Positions 26,681-40,665 are shown, numbered from the stretch's first letter. The stretch is DNA of 64,000 bases from Eledone cirrhosa (GCA_964016885.1 OZ024747.1:51274001-51338000); one strand, 5' to 3'. The notes: a model not told the origin generated them from the letters alone. Program-made: numbers and translations.

Positions 26681-28759
26681 GATAGTATCGAGAGTGACAC
26701 ACTCAAAGCCCACATTGCATGTTGACCAGTGTTGTCCATCGCCAAGAATGACTTTCTATTGAGTCGGAGTCACGACCGGAAGCTATGAATTCTCCCAAGG
26801 TGCTGGCTACAGACGATCGCCATAATAGAAACGAATGTCTTTATTGAGGTTGAGGATTCGTCCTTAGATCTTACCATGCCGTATTGTAAATAGCTCCTTC
26901 ATGCCTGCAGAGTTGACGGAAGTTATTTAACAGCTGTAACAACAACATCAATAGCAACACTAGAAGGGAGCTAGATGTCTACGCAGTCGCAGTTGCAGTT
27001 GTTGCCTCCTCCCCACTCACCCTCGGCCTGATGAAAATGGTGGCCATATCTTCCATAAATTACAAGGAAGGACATATTAGATTGTTTAAATCTTGTTATA
27101 AATATTATGGCAAAAATATAGAATAACAAGATCTAATCCCCGAGAGGCGTTGAGAATGTCAAAGGGGGCTCTGGGACTTAAGGGGGTGGTAGAGATAATA
27201 TAATAGTATATTAAATATCAAATGATATATATATCAATAAATTAAAAGTATATAATATTTATTTATTAGATAGTATATATTATATTATTTATTACATATA
27301 AATGAACGATTTTATTTATTATATATTACTTACAATGTGCATGTAGACACGTCTCTGGAAATAGATGTGGGGGTGTTGAGGGTATTACATGTCCGTGAGG
27401 GGGAGGGGGGCTAAAAGTTTGTGATCTAACCCATCTGATATAAACATCAGCAACAACAATAACAACGCCGACAGAAGTAACAACAGGCATCTCAAGCTTT
27501 GTCACTTGGCCCGTGGAAACTACCATATTGTCTCATATAAACTAATACAGACGGTACTTGAAACCGAGTATGACTTGGTAGTGTGAACAGATAAAGAAAC
27601 CCTTTCGTCTCTGTCTTATATGATTCAGATGATAGGTGCTTCTTTCAATATCGACCTTCAAAACAATAGGAAAAAAGCGGACCTTAACGGGATTTGAATT
27701 CAGAGGGCAGTAATCCGGAATAATAACCAACATTTTAACGACTCACACAATTACATCTTTCCTTCCGTCAATGTAGTTCTGACATTGTAGAAAATAAGAC
27801 AGGCTGGTCACGTTTGGAACCTCTTTCATACTAGTTATGCTTGTTGAATTTATTTCGATCTGTGAAAAAAATGACATCATCAACCATTTCATTGTTGCTG
27901 AAACCATTTAATAACAGTTCTGCGAAGCTTGACTCTTAGTATTTATATTGTGCTCCGTCTGCCTATACCTGAATATATTTAGAACATTCTTTGTTTCTAG
28001 GTGGCTAATTGGCAGATTTCTAAGTCTTAGTAAGGCTTCAAATCCTGCAGAGGGTAACGTTCCTTATCATCCATTCGGGGTCGATAAATGTTTTAATGGT
28101 CCAGGAGTGGTGAATAATTGGAATTGTCGGACATGTTCTGTAGTATCTGTGTTTTGAGTTCGAATCCTGCCCCTTGTTAACAGAGAAGTGTTGATGCCTC
28201 TTCCAGGATTTGAACCACTTGCGTAAAGATCGATGGAAACATATTTCCCTTGGTTCAACCTGACGATTTGCTATTTGACATTTTTCTTTTCTTGTTCTGT
28301 TCTTGACACCTGGTGAAAGTATTGGAAGAGCTATGATGAGAAATTTCCTCGCTCGACTCTTTAAATTAGCGAATTCCTGAATGAAAAGGAAATGTGTAAG
28401 AAAGTAGAAAATAACGTACGAGGAAAAAAAATCTATTCTAGTTTTTGAACTTGTACTTTACTTATCGACCCAAGAAGAAATGAATACAATATGACCTTGG
28501 TGGGAATTATACTGAGAGATCTGATAATCAGAACAAATATACAAGGGTTTATATTTGACTCTCTGGTGATACTAACATTTCGCAATCTCATATATGTAAA
28601 TTATAACTTCACGATCCAATTCATAGAATATAGTTGTTGTTTTTTTTACTTTTACATTAGATAAAACAAATGGTAGCGGGATTGAAATAATCACTCACTG
28701 AGCAAAAATCCTTAATTATTTTGAGATTTTACGTATGTAAGTGTGTGTTTTTGTAAGTT

Positions 28760-28760
28760 A

Positions 28761-28848
<88 letters not shown>

Positions 28849-28925
28849 GTATATATATGTATATATATGTATATATATATGTATATATAAGTATATATAT
28901 ATATATGTATATATATGTATATATA

Positions 28926-28956
<31 letters not shown>

Positions 28957-28967
28957 GTATATATATG

Positions 28968-29012
<45 letters not shown>

Positions 29013-29013
29013 G

Positions 29014-29087
<74 letters not shown>

Positions 29088-29088
29088 C

Positions 29089-29139
<51 letters not shown>

Positions 29140-29242
29140 CATACATATATAGTTATATAGTACACGCAAACGTAAAAGTATCTCTATATATGAGTATATG
29201 CATCCATGTATGTATGTATGTACACATACACACGCACACAAT

Positions 29243-29301
<59 letters not shown>

Positions 29302-29400
29302 TTACACATATACCTACATACATACATACAAACATACATACACATATAACATATACATACATATATACATAGATACATACATACACACATACATACACAC
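28760..29400. repeat. (TA)n/(TATG)n array
   Basis: Direct inspection. Confidence 0.95.
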
Positions 29401-29713
29401 AAACTTTTCTACATGCATATACACACACAATCCCACTCATTTACGCACATACAAACTCATATAAAAAAATATTTATATTCTAAGAACTGGCCCGAAGGCT
29501 GCACGACTTTTTTGTCATTAATACGTCATATATATATATATATGTGTGTGTGTGTATTCATATATATATATATGTGTGTGTGTGTGTGTATTCATATATA
29601 TATATCTATATCTATATATATATATATATATAAAAATACATACATACAGGGACATATATATACATTTGTGTGTGTATATCTGTGTGTCTGTATGCATGTG
29701 TGTATGTGTGTAT

Positions 29714-29811
<98 letters not shown>

Positions 29812-30182
29812 GTGCTTATAGATGGCAGCGGCTGTAGAAGAGTAAAAGACAGAGGGATACAGAAGAAAAAAAATTATTAAAATTTAGAGAAAATAAAATG
29901 AATTAAAAGTAAAAGATCGAAGGATATAATAAAAAAAAAACTAAAGCAATAGAGTGAGAAGACAGAAAGAGAGCGGGAATGAAGGAAAGAAGTAGAAAAG
30001 GAAGAAGAAAACAGATGAATAAATTAATAAATTCAAATAGATGTAAAAGAAAAAAATGGTGACAACTGGAAGAAGGAAACTATCGATTTTGATTCGAAAC
30101 GAAATAATTACAAATTCTTTTTTATCACAGTTTAGGGCCTAAATTTTGCATTTTATTAATTATTATTATTATTATTATTATT

Positions 30183-30224
<42 letters not shown>

Positions 30225-30990
30225 TCTGCTTTATATTTATATTTATGTGAATTGTTACGTAATATGTAGCATGTTACACACCACATTTCATGAGCTTTAA
30301 TGTCACACAGCCAAATATAAGAGCCTCGGGGCCGTTTTTTAGACATGTTTTAATTACGTAATGCTCTCTTTCTCTCTCTCTCGCCTCACTCCCTCTCTCT
30401 ATCTCTGACTCCCTTATCACTCTCTCTCTCTACCACCACCCACTCTCTATCTATCTTTGTTCACCTGTCACTCTCTCTCTCTCTCTATCTATCTCTCTCA
30501 CACACACACACACACTCACACACACACACAATCTTACGATTTAATATTCTCACTCGTCTTGTGATATGTCTGAAACTTTTAGAAAATGGCTGACATTGAA
30601 TTGAAGGAGGTTGTTTCAAATCTGGTGATGTCAATTTGACCTTGCTTTGTTATCTAGTGGTCAATTGAGTTAATATGTCGTTGTAACCTATGTCTCAGAT
30701 CGATTCACATAAATATTGAACAGTAGCTTTGATCAGTAAACTATCGGACTGTTAATATGAAAATTATATATACATTATATGCTGGACGGCTGGGTTACCT
30801 TATTTTATATGTAGTTTAGATGCCTGGCGGAGAGATAAAAGCTTATATTTAAATGTTAAGTGGACAATAGTGCTTTCATGTAAAGCTAACACAAGCGTTC
30901 GGCATAAAGAAGGTACGAGTTCGTTTATCGCATAGGTCTGTGTCAAAGATTTTCGTCACACGACGACTATTTGAATAATTAAGTGTTGTC

Positions 30991-31066
<76 letters not shown>

Positions 31067-31084
31067 CAAAAGATATATATAATA

Positions 31085-31368
31085 TCAAAAGATGGTTAAA
31101 AGAGTTCCATGTATTTTATTATGCGCATTTCAAAAACAAATATCATCATGCAATAACATTTGTGTTTTCATCAGATAAAATAGGAAGACATGATATGTAG
31201 GTTAAAGAACACTTGTGAATAGTGCAGTTTTAAATCAACATTGATATTATATATATTAAATCAACATTGATATTATATATATTATGTATACTCCAGTCCT
31301 ACAAACTGTAGAGTGCTTCTTATCCGATATCTGCATTGCTTTATTGTACTACAATAAAACTCACTTCC

Positions 31369-31372
<4 letters not shown>
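31085..31372. mobile_element. Family D PLE-like terminus: inverted HHR-bearing arm plus direct tail
   Basis: Shares aaaagatggttaaaagagttccatgtatttt and the tail with 12194-12350; lies between (TA)n tracts. Confidence 0.75.
31112..31182 (-). ncRNA. Intact type I hammerhead ribozyme
   Basis: tattttat CTGATGA aaac-acaaatgtta..tgatatttgt-tttt GAAA tgcgca TA ataaaata; 8-bp stem I; palindromic stem III region. Confidence 0.85.
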
Positions 31373-31461
<89 letters not shown>

Positions 31462-31778
31462 CATAAAATAAAAATGGTGTAGACATACGATACAACAGGA
31501 GGAAACATAATAATACCACTGATGATGTTGCAGATGTGCAACGAAAGAACGTTGATAGACTATATATATATTTATATCTGTATTTTTGACCGTTGGTCAA
31601 TCAATGATAAACATTGATTGCCGAATGAATTAACTATGGAGATATAAAAGATACAGTAGCGAAAACCAACCAAACAGTGAGTGTGTTCTGTTATTATTTC
31701 TGTCAATATTGTTACAACAATATGACCCTCCCCAAGTATAACAATATAGATATATATATATTATTATTATTAATATTA

Positions 31779-33327
31779 TTGTTCTTTGAGTCTCAGACAT
31801 TGATGTTATTTAACTGGGAAGTTTGTTGAAATGAATATCAAGCCACTACCTGCAGCCTCAGATATTCAGGATGTATCGGAGGGTTCTTGCTGTTCCCAGC
31901 AAGCATGCCTTTTGAAGTGTTCCAAAAAGCGGGGCTGGACCAATTTTCTTTAACCATCCTTGGAAACTCTTTGAGATAGTACCTAGTGCGCCTATGACAA
32001 TCGGGACCACTTTGACCTCATGGCAGTTCCAAATTCTTTTTACCTCCCACTTTCAGTCCTGGTATCGGTTAATTTTCTCCCTCTCCTTCTCTTGCACTCT
32101 CTTGTCGAATGGGCTGGCTACATCCACAATCAGGCACGATATTTCTCCCTTGTCCAAAACCACCAGGTCAGGTCTATTGTGTTTCAGTTTCTTGTCCTTC
32201 TGTATCCTAAAATCCCACAGCACCTTCACCTCATCGTTTTCCATCACCGACTCTGGCTTTTGCTCATACCACTTCTTAAAATGTGGTAAATTGTTTACTT
32301 TGCATAGGTGCCAGTGGATCACCCTGCCCATCACATCATGTCTCCAACCTTTATAGTGAGTCTGGGCTAGGTGTTTACACTCGGATACAATGTGAGCCAC
32401 AGTCTCCTCTCTCTCTCCACAGATCCTACACAGTGGGCTAGCCTCCTCCTTGTAAATATGGTGTTTCAGCCACTTCGTTTTGAGGGCCTGCTCTTGCGCA
32501 GCCATTAGCATTCTTTCTGTAGCCTTTTTAAGGTCTTCTCTTTTCAACCAGTTCCATGTCTGTGGATCTCTAAATTCAGTTTTCTCAAAGAAGGTACTCT
32601 GAAGGGATTTTTCATGAAGGTTGCTCTTTCTCTTTGTTGTTATTTCCTCCTTGGACATCCCCTGGTCTATTGTCCTCTCCTTCTGTACAATTCTGAGCAT
32701 TGGCTCCCTACTATCAGTCACGCATTTGTGTAGGTTGTTTTTCTCCATCTGAACACAGTCCTCTATGCTGATAAGACCTCTTCCACCTTCAGATCTGCTT
32801 AAGTAGAGTCTATCGACATCACTCCTCTTGTGGAACATGTTGTAGATAGTCAATAGCTTCCTAGTCTTCCTATCCATTTCTTTTTGTTCAGCAACATTCC
32901 ATCTCAGAATTCCCGCACTGTACCTAATAATAGACACAGCTCGGGAATTTACTGCACTTATGGCATTCCTACTGTTCAGATGTGACTTTAATACGCTCCT
33001 TACTCTCCGAATGTATTCAGATCTTATCAATTCCTTCATTTTTTTGTTCTTGATGTCATCAGCCACAAGAACACCTAAATATTTGTATCCTTCTTCAGTA
33101 TCAATCTCCTTTATCATCTCACCTGTTGGTACCTGGATTCCGTTGCTTCTGCTCAATTTACCCCTCTTCACAACAAGGACTCCACACTTACTAATACCAA
33201 ATTGCATACATATATCATTGCTGAAAATACGGACAGTGTCAACAAGCACATCCAACTCCTTCTCACTCTTCCCGAAGAGCTTAAGATCGTCCATGAAGAG
33301 GAGGAGATAGGGAAGAAAACGCACATG
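31779..33327 (-). mobile_element. 5'-truncated R4/Dong-type (RLE) non-LTR retrotransposon in (TAA)n
   Basis: LFMDDLKL RT motif, YKYLGV, CRICGEREETVAHIVSEC zinc motif, RHD, RPDLVV..IVDVASPFD RLE, LQKACLLGTA end; (TTA)n on both flanks. Confidence 0.9.
32053..33324 (-). pseudogene. RT C-terminal part + restriction-like endonuclease (frameshift near 32050, coding continues to ~31860)
   Basis: 423-aa ORF with the motifs listed for the element. Confidence 0.85.
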
Positions 33328-33334
33328 TTGGATA

Positions 33335-33376
<42 letters not shown>

Positions 33377-33930
33377 ATTCAAAGTAAAGGATGTCATGAA
33401 TGATACAAAATCAAACATATGTCTTGTCTCCAGAGAATAAAATCGAGCCTTAATCATTATAAGAAAGTGAATGAAATATATTCATACACACATAAGTATG
33501 CATTAAGATATATCAAAGCTTAACTAGAGATAATCTGCACTGAATGTAAGATTACATAATTCGTTGAATAACTTATTAAATTCAATAAAAAAATTAAAAC
33601 AAAATACCTGATAACGATCAATATTTTTCTCTCATATGTATTCTCCACAAAATTAGAATGCATTTAACCAAATAACAGCGAAATTAGATATTTTGAAATG
33701 GATCATCAGTGAGGGGATTCTAAAATCATTTAATCTCTTCAGTACAAGGCTGAAAGTGGCCATATATGAATTTATCACACGCAACGACATGAAAGGGCTC
33801 TCGTCCAACCTCTCGACAAATTAAACAGCTCATCAAATAAGGAGCAGAAATATTATATATATTGACGTAATAGTCACTTATATGTATGAGTTACTGTTGG
33901 CTTCTTGCTCACATTAATTTCTCTATTTTC

Positions 33931-33982
<52 letters not shown>

Positions 33983-33984
33983 AA

Positions 33985-36930
33985 ATTAAATAAATGGAAA
34001 CTATATTTATAAAACCATATTTATTCTATTATAAATTTTGACATAGCCAAGGAAATCATACCTTATCAGTTGAATTTTCTTAGGTAGTGAGATTAAAGGA
34101 CGGATATTTCAAACTTATGGATGAATATGCAAATGAATATGTAAATAAGGTTGAGTTATATGATTGAAAAACCGTTATTTTAAACGCTATGGAAAGTTTA
34201 GATATATAATAAGAGAGAAAGAAAGAAGAAAGAAAAATAGAAAAAGGAAAAATAAGAAGAAGGAAAAAGAAAAGGAAGACCACTTATAACGTTAATTTGG
34301 GGGAAATATATTCGAACGTTTATCTATATTATGTATATATTTATAAGGAGAATTATGTTTGTAAGTATTTATCTTAATATAATATTGCAGTGGGTTGAAT
34401 ATATAAATATCTATATATATTTTAATAATAGCATATATATTTTTATTAAAAGGATAATTTGTTTATAATATGAGTTACGAGGACGTTGATTTTGTGTTTT
34501 ATGTAGATAAATAAATAAATAAATAAATAAATAAATAGGTAGTTCAAGTTTTAGGTGGTTGTTCTTAATATGAGTTACGAGGGTGTTGATTTTGCATTTT
34601 ATGTAAATAAATAGGTAGTTGAAATTGAGGTTGTTTTAAATTAAATTAACGGAGTTATGTATAAGTTTATATGATTGAAAAAGGAAAGATAACTCCGATT
34701 CTTTTGTTAATCGTTAGTGTGAGATTAATTAATTATTTAATCGAAAGAATATATATATTTGTTGTATTTCCAACAAATTAAATATCCCTTCTACTTATAT
34801 ATATATATATATATATATAGGCTTAGAGTTCTTAAAATTATGAAGATGGGAATTATACTCCGTCTTGAAACTATTCGATGTAGAACCGATATAGGTTTTG
34901 GAGTTTGTGGAAGATATGACAGTGCAGCAGTAAATAAAATTCTTAACAAGGTAGTTTCCATTAAGAGCGCATACATTATTAGGCCTACAATTACAATTAT
35001 AGCTATTTATTAAGCGGTTTTTAGGATAAAGATGTGAAGAGTTATTAAAGTTAGATATGTGAGTGCTAGAATTGCTATTATTATTCCTAAGTCCTAGAAA
35101 TTAATGCATTATGAGAGTGGTTACTAAAATTATTAGGTACAGTATTGTTAAGCGTATCAACTGGTTGTGAATTGTTATATAAGTTACAAGAAGAAAAATA
35201 TTTACTAATTTTCTTGTTATTACTACTCGCTATGTGATTAGTAATATTAGGTGTGGTAGAATAAGAGATTTTAATGGTATTTTTATTAATTAAATTATGG
35301 TATTTGTGATCAGGTTGGACATTGTTTTCAATAATAGAGAAGAATACTCTAGGTATATTAGTAGAAACATTTAAATTGAAGGGTGGATTAAAGTATGGAT
35401 TAAGCCTTCTTCTATTCTTTTACTTTTGTTACTAATAAGCGTATCCTTATGATTATTACCTTCAGTTATATATTTATCATTACAGATGTTAAGGCGGTGG
35501 ATTGGCAGTATCGGTAGAGGGTCGGACGCCATGCTTTGACGCAAAGAGTTATGGCTCTTTCCATTCTGAGTTCAAATCCCGCCGAGGTTAATTTTGCCTT
35601 TCATTCTTACGGGGTCGATAAAATAAAGTACCAGTAATACACTCGGTAATTGCTGTCCTTGTGCCAAAAGTAGAAACAATAATTACAGATGTTATGTTTA
35701 GTGAATATATTATGCTTTTTATTCATAATGTTTTTCTTATCATTAAGATGTTTTTTATTAGTGTTTGGAGGGACTGTAAAGGGGTGTATATCATCATTTA
35801 ATCCACTGTTACAAACAATACCATTATTACCTTTATTAGTCTGAATATTGCATGTTTTTTCATAACCATAGTATGTGAAATAATATTAAGTTGTTTGTTA
35901 CAGTCTGCAAAATAGTTTTTAGGAATAAAGTTAATTTTATTTTTATAGCCAGTAGCCAGAACGTGATAAAGCTTCATTATAATAATGAGCAATTTGGTTA
36001 AATATATCTTCATTATAAGATAAATGACTAATTCTATTAGATACATCTTTAATAATTGAGTTTTTAAATAGACCTAGGGTGGTTAGAATTGGTATCAACG
36101 TATAAAAGTTTTTCATTGGGTTTATGGTAAGATGTAAAGGCTTTAGAATCCAAGCAAAGGGTAACACCGAGGAAATTAAATGTTGGTGTTCTTATTTAAA
36201 GTAATACTTAGGTTAAAACTTTTGAAGAATTTATGTAGTTCCTTCTTAGTTCTTTCAATTTTATATTTTTTATAATCTAAAATAAATAATGCATCATCGC
36301 GATATAATCCACCCTTCAGGCAAGGTAAAGCTTTATGAATTTCATTTAAAAGGTACAATCCGCCTAAATCTGTGACCTGTGAGGAATTACTAGACCCCAT
36401 AGTGATATCAAAATTATTAGGTGTATTCTTACATGTCCATAATTTAATCTTCAAAATTGATGACAGTCTTACGGGCCGCAAGATTATTATCTACTTGGGA
36501 TCTAGTTAAGTCACTATTATCCATGACTATAATAAGAACCTTATTCAATGAAATAGGAGAGATATGATGTATAATAAGAGTTAATGTCGTATTGAATAAA
36601 CTTTTTAGACTTACTGTCACCTATAGTAGTGAACGAATTAATCACTTCTCTAGTATTAGCCCAAAGGTTGAAATGAATTTTCTGTTTGATTTGGGGGATA
36701 ATTTGGTCTAGAATTCTTTTACTAATTATACCAATGTCAGACTTAGGTGGGCATATTAATCTAACAGTAGGATTAGTATTAAAATGCACCTTATGAGCTT
36801 TTAAAGTAAACCTGGGTGGGTTAGGGGTATAAGGTTGAGTATACCTTTCAAGTTTTAATTTACTTACAATATTAAAGCCTTCAATATTTATGTCATCTAA
36901 GTTTTTTGAGGAAATTATTATTTTCATTAT
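33985..36930 (-). mobile_element. Degenerate Penelope-like element (Naiad/Neptune type), family E pLTR at its 3' end
   Basis: RT motifs FIQYDINSYYTS, FDITMGS..VTDLGGLYLL, GLYRDDAL; linker YFNPPFN..STNIP..NKNTIKISYS; CNCR..C..NG then FIY..YIG (GIY-YIG, ~34820-35000); end at 33985-34050 matches the family E arm with the HHR deleted. Confidence 0.85.
35492..35681 (+). mobile_element. Full-length SINE inserted into the PLE
   Basis: 13-bp TSD attacagatgtta at 35479-35491 and 35682-35694. Confidence 0.92.
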
Positions 36931-36935
36931 ATATA

Positions 36936-37255
36936 CTAGCAGAAAAACTACCCTTCGGGTGGTTTTCTCCTAGCATGTGTAGTCTGTATATTGATATTAT
37001 ACGCAAGTATATATATATATGTAGTTATGATACATCAAATAAAATCGTAATTGACAATATAAACAGAAATTGAACGAAGACGTTGTTACACTGTCTTGTG
37101 TAATCAGGAACGTAATCGATGATATATTAAAAAAAGACGATATTATATATAAACTGCTTTAGGAGAAAATTAGTGACAGAAGATTAGTATGTTTATTTAA
37201 GTGATCGCCACCGAAAGTGTTGACATCACACACTCTCTCTTTCTATATATATGGA
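36936..37255 (-). mobile_element. Possible non-autonomous Helitron
   Basis: Minus strand ends with hairpin aaaaccaccc-gaa-gggtagtttt followed by tctgCTAG-t; candidate 5' TC at 37255. Confidence 0.4.
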
Positions 37256-37545
37256 GGTTGAAGTGGTGGTGGTGGCAACGATATACTGGAAGTGCAACTT
37301 TGAAAAGAAGTCAATTTTAAATTATTTATTTTTACGAAATTATTTTTGTTTACGAAATTAATTAGATACATTATGTAATATTTATTCATTATTTATTCAA
37401 AGTAATCCAACTTATTTTACTAACGGGATAAAAAAAATAAACCGTACGCAGTCCCGCAGACCTCCTTTATTATAGTTTATATATATATATATATATATAA
37501 ATATGAAAACATGGCGTGCTGTGTGGTTGCAAGTGGGTTACATAT

Positions 37546-38050
37546 GAATAAATTTAGTCCTTCATCAGTGATCTTCCAACCTTCATTGGTATTTCATCGC
37601 TTTAAAGACCATATACCTCCGGTTGGTGCGAGCAACGGCTAAAGAAAGTCGTTGGGACACGTAAATAAGGGGAACGAGCGAGACAGTAAACAATCAAAGA
37701 TGGTAATGCAACGAAAAGTGTGGAAGAAGGAGTCAAGTCCCTGAAATCGATGAACATAAGTTCTGTGAAATCGTGGACGAGAGAGAATAAAAACCATCAA
37801 ACCTGGTCGAAATGTGAGCAAGGAAAGAATTTCGCACAGGTCAAACGGGAGGAAGAAGGAGTGAAGTCCCTGAAATCGATGAACATAAGTTCTGTGAAAT
37901 CGTGGACGAGAGAGAATAAAGACCATCAAACCTGGTCGAAATGTGAGCAAGGAAAGAATTTCGCACAGGTCAAACGGGAGAAAGAAGGAGTGAAGTCCCT
38001 GAAATCGATGAACATAAGTTCTGTGAAATCGTAGACAAGAGAGAAAAAAA
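37546..38050 (-). mobile_element. Interspersed repeat with internal 129-bp tandem units; second copy at 44041-44364
   Basis: ctgaaatcgatg at 37741, 37870 and 37999; CTGATGAAGGAC on the minus strand near the left end. Confidence 0.7.
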
Positions 38051-38242
38051 TTTCGAGCAAGTTTCTGTATCTTATGGCATAGGTTGTTGTAGAGAAAATG
38101 ATGTTGTAACGCACGACATCTGTGACAATAGTCGAGGCTGATCAGACAGAAGGCGAATGTTAGAAAACATGCTAATAAGACTGACCATTTCAAGCAATTT
38201 CAATATCCTGTTTGACACAGAGTTTTGCCATAGCAATATTAC

Positions 38243-38560
38243 GCGTGGCTTCGTGGTTAGGGAATTCGGCTAAAAATCGTAAGGTCTTGGGCTCTCTTCC
38301 CAGCAGCACGTTGTGTCGTTCAGCAAGGCACTTTATTTCACGTTGCTCCAGTCCATTCAGCTGGCAAAAATGAGTTGTACCTGTAATTGGAAGGGCCAGC
38401 ATTGTCACGTTCTGTGTCACGCCGAATCTCCTTGAGAACTACGTTAAGGGTACGCGTGTCTATGGAATGCTCAGTCACTTGCACGTTAATTTATTTCATG
38501 AGCATGCTGTTCCGTTGATCGGATCAACTGGACACTCGTCGTAACAGACGGAGTGCCAGT
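38243..38560 (+). mobile_element. Second tRNA-derived SINE family
   Basis: gcgtggcttcgtggttagg A-box-like head; ttgtgtc..agcaaggcactttatttcacgttgctccagtcca core; related copy at ~63690-63990. Confidence 0.7.
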
Positions 38561-38687
38561 CAGTCATTACTCTGTACCACAGAATGGTAGAGGGAGTCAC
38601 ATATAGCTGCAACACATCACTGCTCTCCAGTTTCCATCTACTATACAGTATAATCCAGGTTTTATGTTGATAATGATATCTATGTTG

Positions 38688-38875
38688 ATAATTGTTTCTA
38701 CTTTTGGCACAAGGCCAGCAATTACCCAGTACATTACTGGTACTTTATTTTATCGACCCCGTAAGGATGAAAGGCAAAGTTAACCTCGACGGGATTTGAA
38801 CTCAGACCGTAAAGGGACGTAACTATGCTGGAAAGCATGGCGTCCGACCCTCTACCGATACTGCCAATTCACCGC
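38688..38875 (-). mobile_element. SINE (Nin-domain family)
   Basis: Reverse complement of the 3425 type; flanked by tatgttgata. Confidence 0.9.
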
Positions 38876-39099
38876 TATGTTGATACTGATATCTATGTTC
38901 TCCCCAACTCTCACTATTATAAGCAAATGAGGGCCCACGGACCGGCCGCCCCATGGACCCGGCGGAGAGGATAAAGAATATGTTTCTCCGGAGGATGGTG
39001 AGGGAGACGCTACCTTGTTTGGTTGGTTTCTTGTCCCTTGTTGTCAGCTTTTTGTTGTGTTAGTTTCATATCGAATGAAAACCAAGTTTACTTGAATCC

Positions 39100-39780
39100 A
39101 AAACAATCTACTGCTATATTGATGAAAGAAAATGACTTCACTCTGAAATCAACGAAGGGGTAGCAGACGCTATCCATCTCTGAACATTACCGACGCTGAC
39201 TATGTAGACAATCTGGTAATGATATCGGATACAGTTTGGACAGATCATCTAGATGTATCGGACACCACGGGAATGTAGTCAAGATAAAACAAATGTGTTA
39301 CAACCAAGATGGCGGTATAATTTCACTAGCCAGTAAAACACTGAAAGAATTTGACCAGTTTACCTACGTTGGAAGTAAAATCTAGAAACAAGGACTCATT
39401 GAAAATAACGGAAACGCTGGTATTGTTAAAGCTGGGATACCTTGGATAATTAGAATATGGTTTGGAAATAGAACCTACCTAAATAAATAAAAGGCGAATT
39501 CATCTAACTGACTCTAGAAGAAACTTGAAGGGAACATACACAAGCATGCTCAGAGGGGCTCTAAGCATATCTTGGAAGCAGTATCCTATACACAAGGACC
39601 TTTACAGCCATCTACGAAAGCAGGTGGATGGCGGTAACACACAGGAGAGAGGAATTAGATACTTGGACTAGTGTTCAGAAACAAAGGAAAAAATCACCAG
39701 CGATGGGTTGTGGACACTCGCAGAACCTACATCAAACAGATATATGAAGTTACTGAGTGCAATCTCGAGGAATTTCCAGA
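39100..39780 (+). pseudogene. Degenerate RTE-clade LINE RT C-terminal fragment
   Basis: ITDADYVDNLVMISD (DYADD-like), FTYVGSKI, YTSMLRGALSISWKQ. Confidence 0.7.
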
Positions 39781-40514
39781 GGTCAGTTGGCACATGGGCT
39801 AAAGCGCTCAGCCTGTATCTGAGAGACATGAGCTTCGATCCATACTAGCGACAGCTGCCAACATCATTTTCCATCTCTAAGGGACTTTACCTTATATTTT
39901 AAGCTATTTTATATCAACTAACTATATTTGTAGTTATTTTCTTCGCATGGACGTCCTACAACTTTTCTGTATATATATTTGATGGTACTATGCTGTGTCC
40001 GTATACCAAATTTCACTTATAAAGCAATGCTCCCATCAAGGTTATAGTAATTCACTCTCGCCAAATACGTATGCAACGTAGTAAGTCTAAACTTGAACCC
40101 ACGTAATTACAGAGCGGCCATTTTAATAATGCAACAGACCTGTTGACACTCAACCAATAACAGAATAAATAAACTTCAGCAATCATCTTCTGTTAGAGCC
40201 TCGGGTTAATCAATACCGTGGGACTGGAATCAGGTATACGGAGATTGCAGGTTTTGTGTGTGTATGTGTGTTGTATTTAGAGGAGTCTTGTGGGTGTGTG
40301 TCTGTTAGAGTGTGTGTATGTGAGGGCAGTGTATGGACAGGAGGTTTGTGTGCCTGTGTTTGTGTGAGTGCCTGTGTATGCGAGTGCGGTGTATGGGGAG
40401 GAGGACTGTGTTATATGAATGCATGTGTGTGTTTACGTTTGTGTCGGTGTTCATGGGCCATTAGCTAACAACTCGACAAAAACGGGATTGATAAAAGAAT
40501 TAACAGATTTGAAA

Positions 40515-40608
<94 letters not shown>

Positions 40609-40665
40609 ATAAAATAATATGTGTAGGTCAAACATATTAAAGTTGGCTTCGTTTATTCCAATTCG

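Noticed and set aside
30585-30640. aaaATGGCTGAC start-like context
   Set aside because: Frame stops after 17 codons and there is no convincing splice donor.
34960-35000. Selenocysteine (UGA at conserved Cys) as reported for some Naiad PLEs
   Set aside because: The readable Cys positions here and at 48430-48835 are TGT/TGC (one is TAC); no in-frame TGA at those sites and no SECIS recognised.
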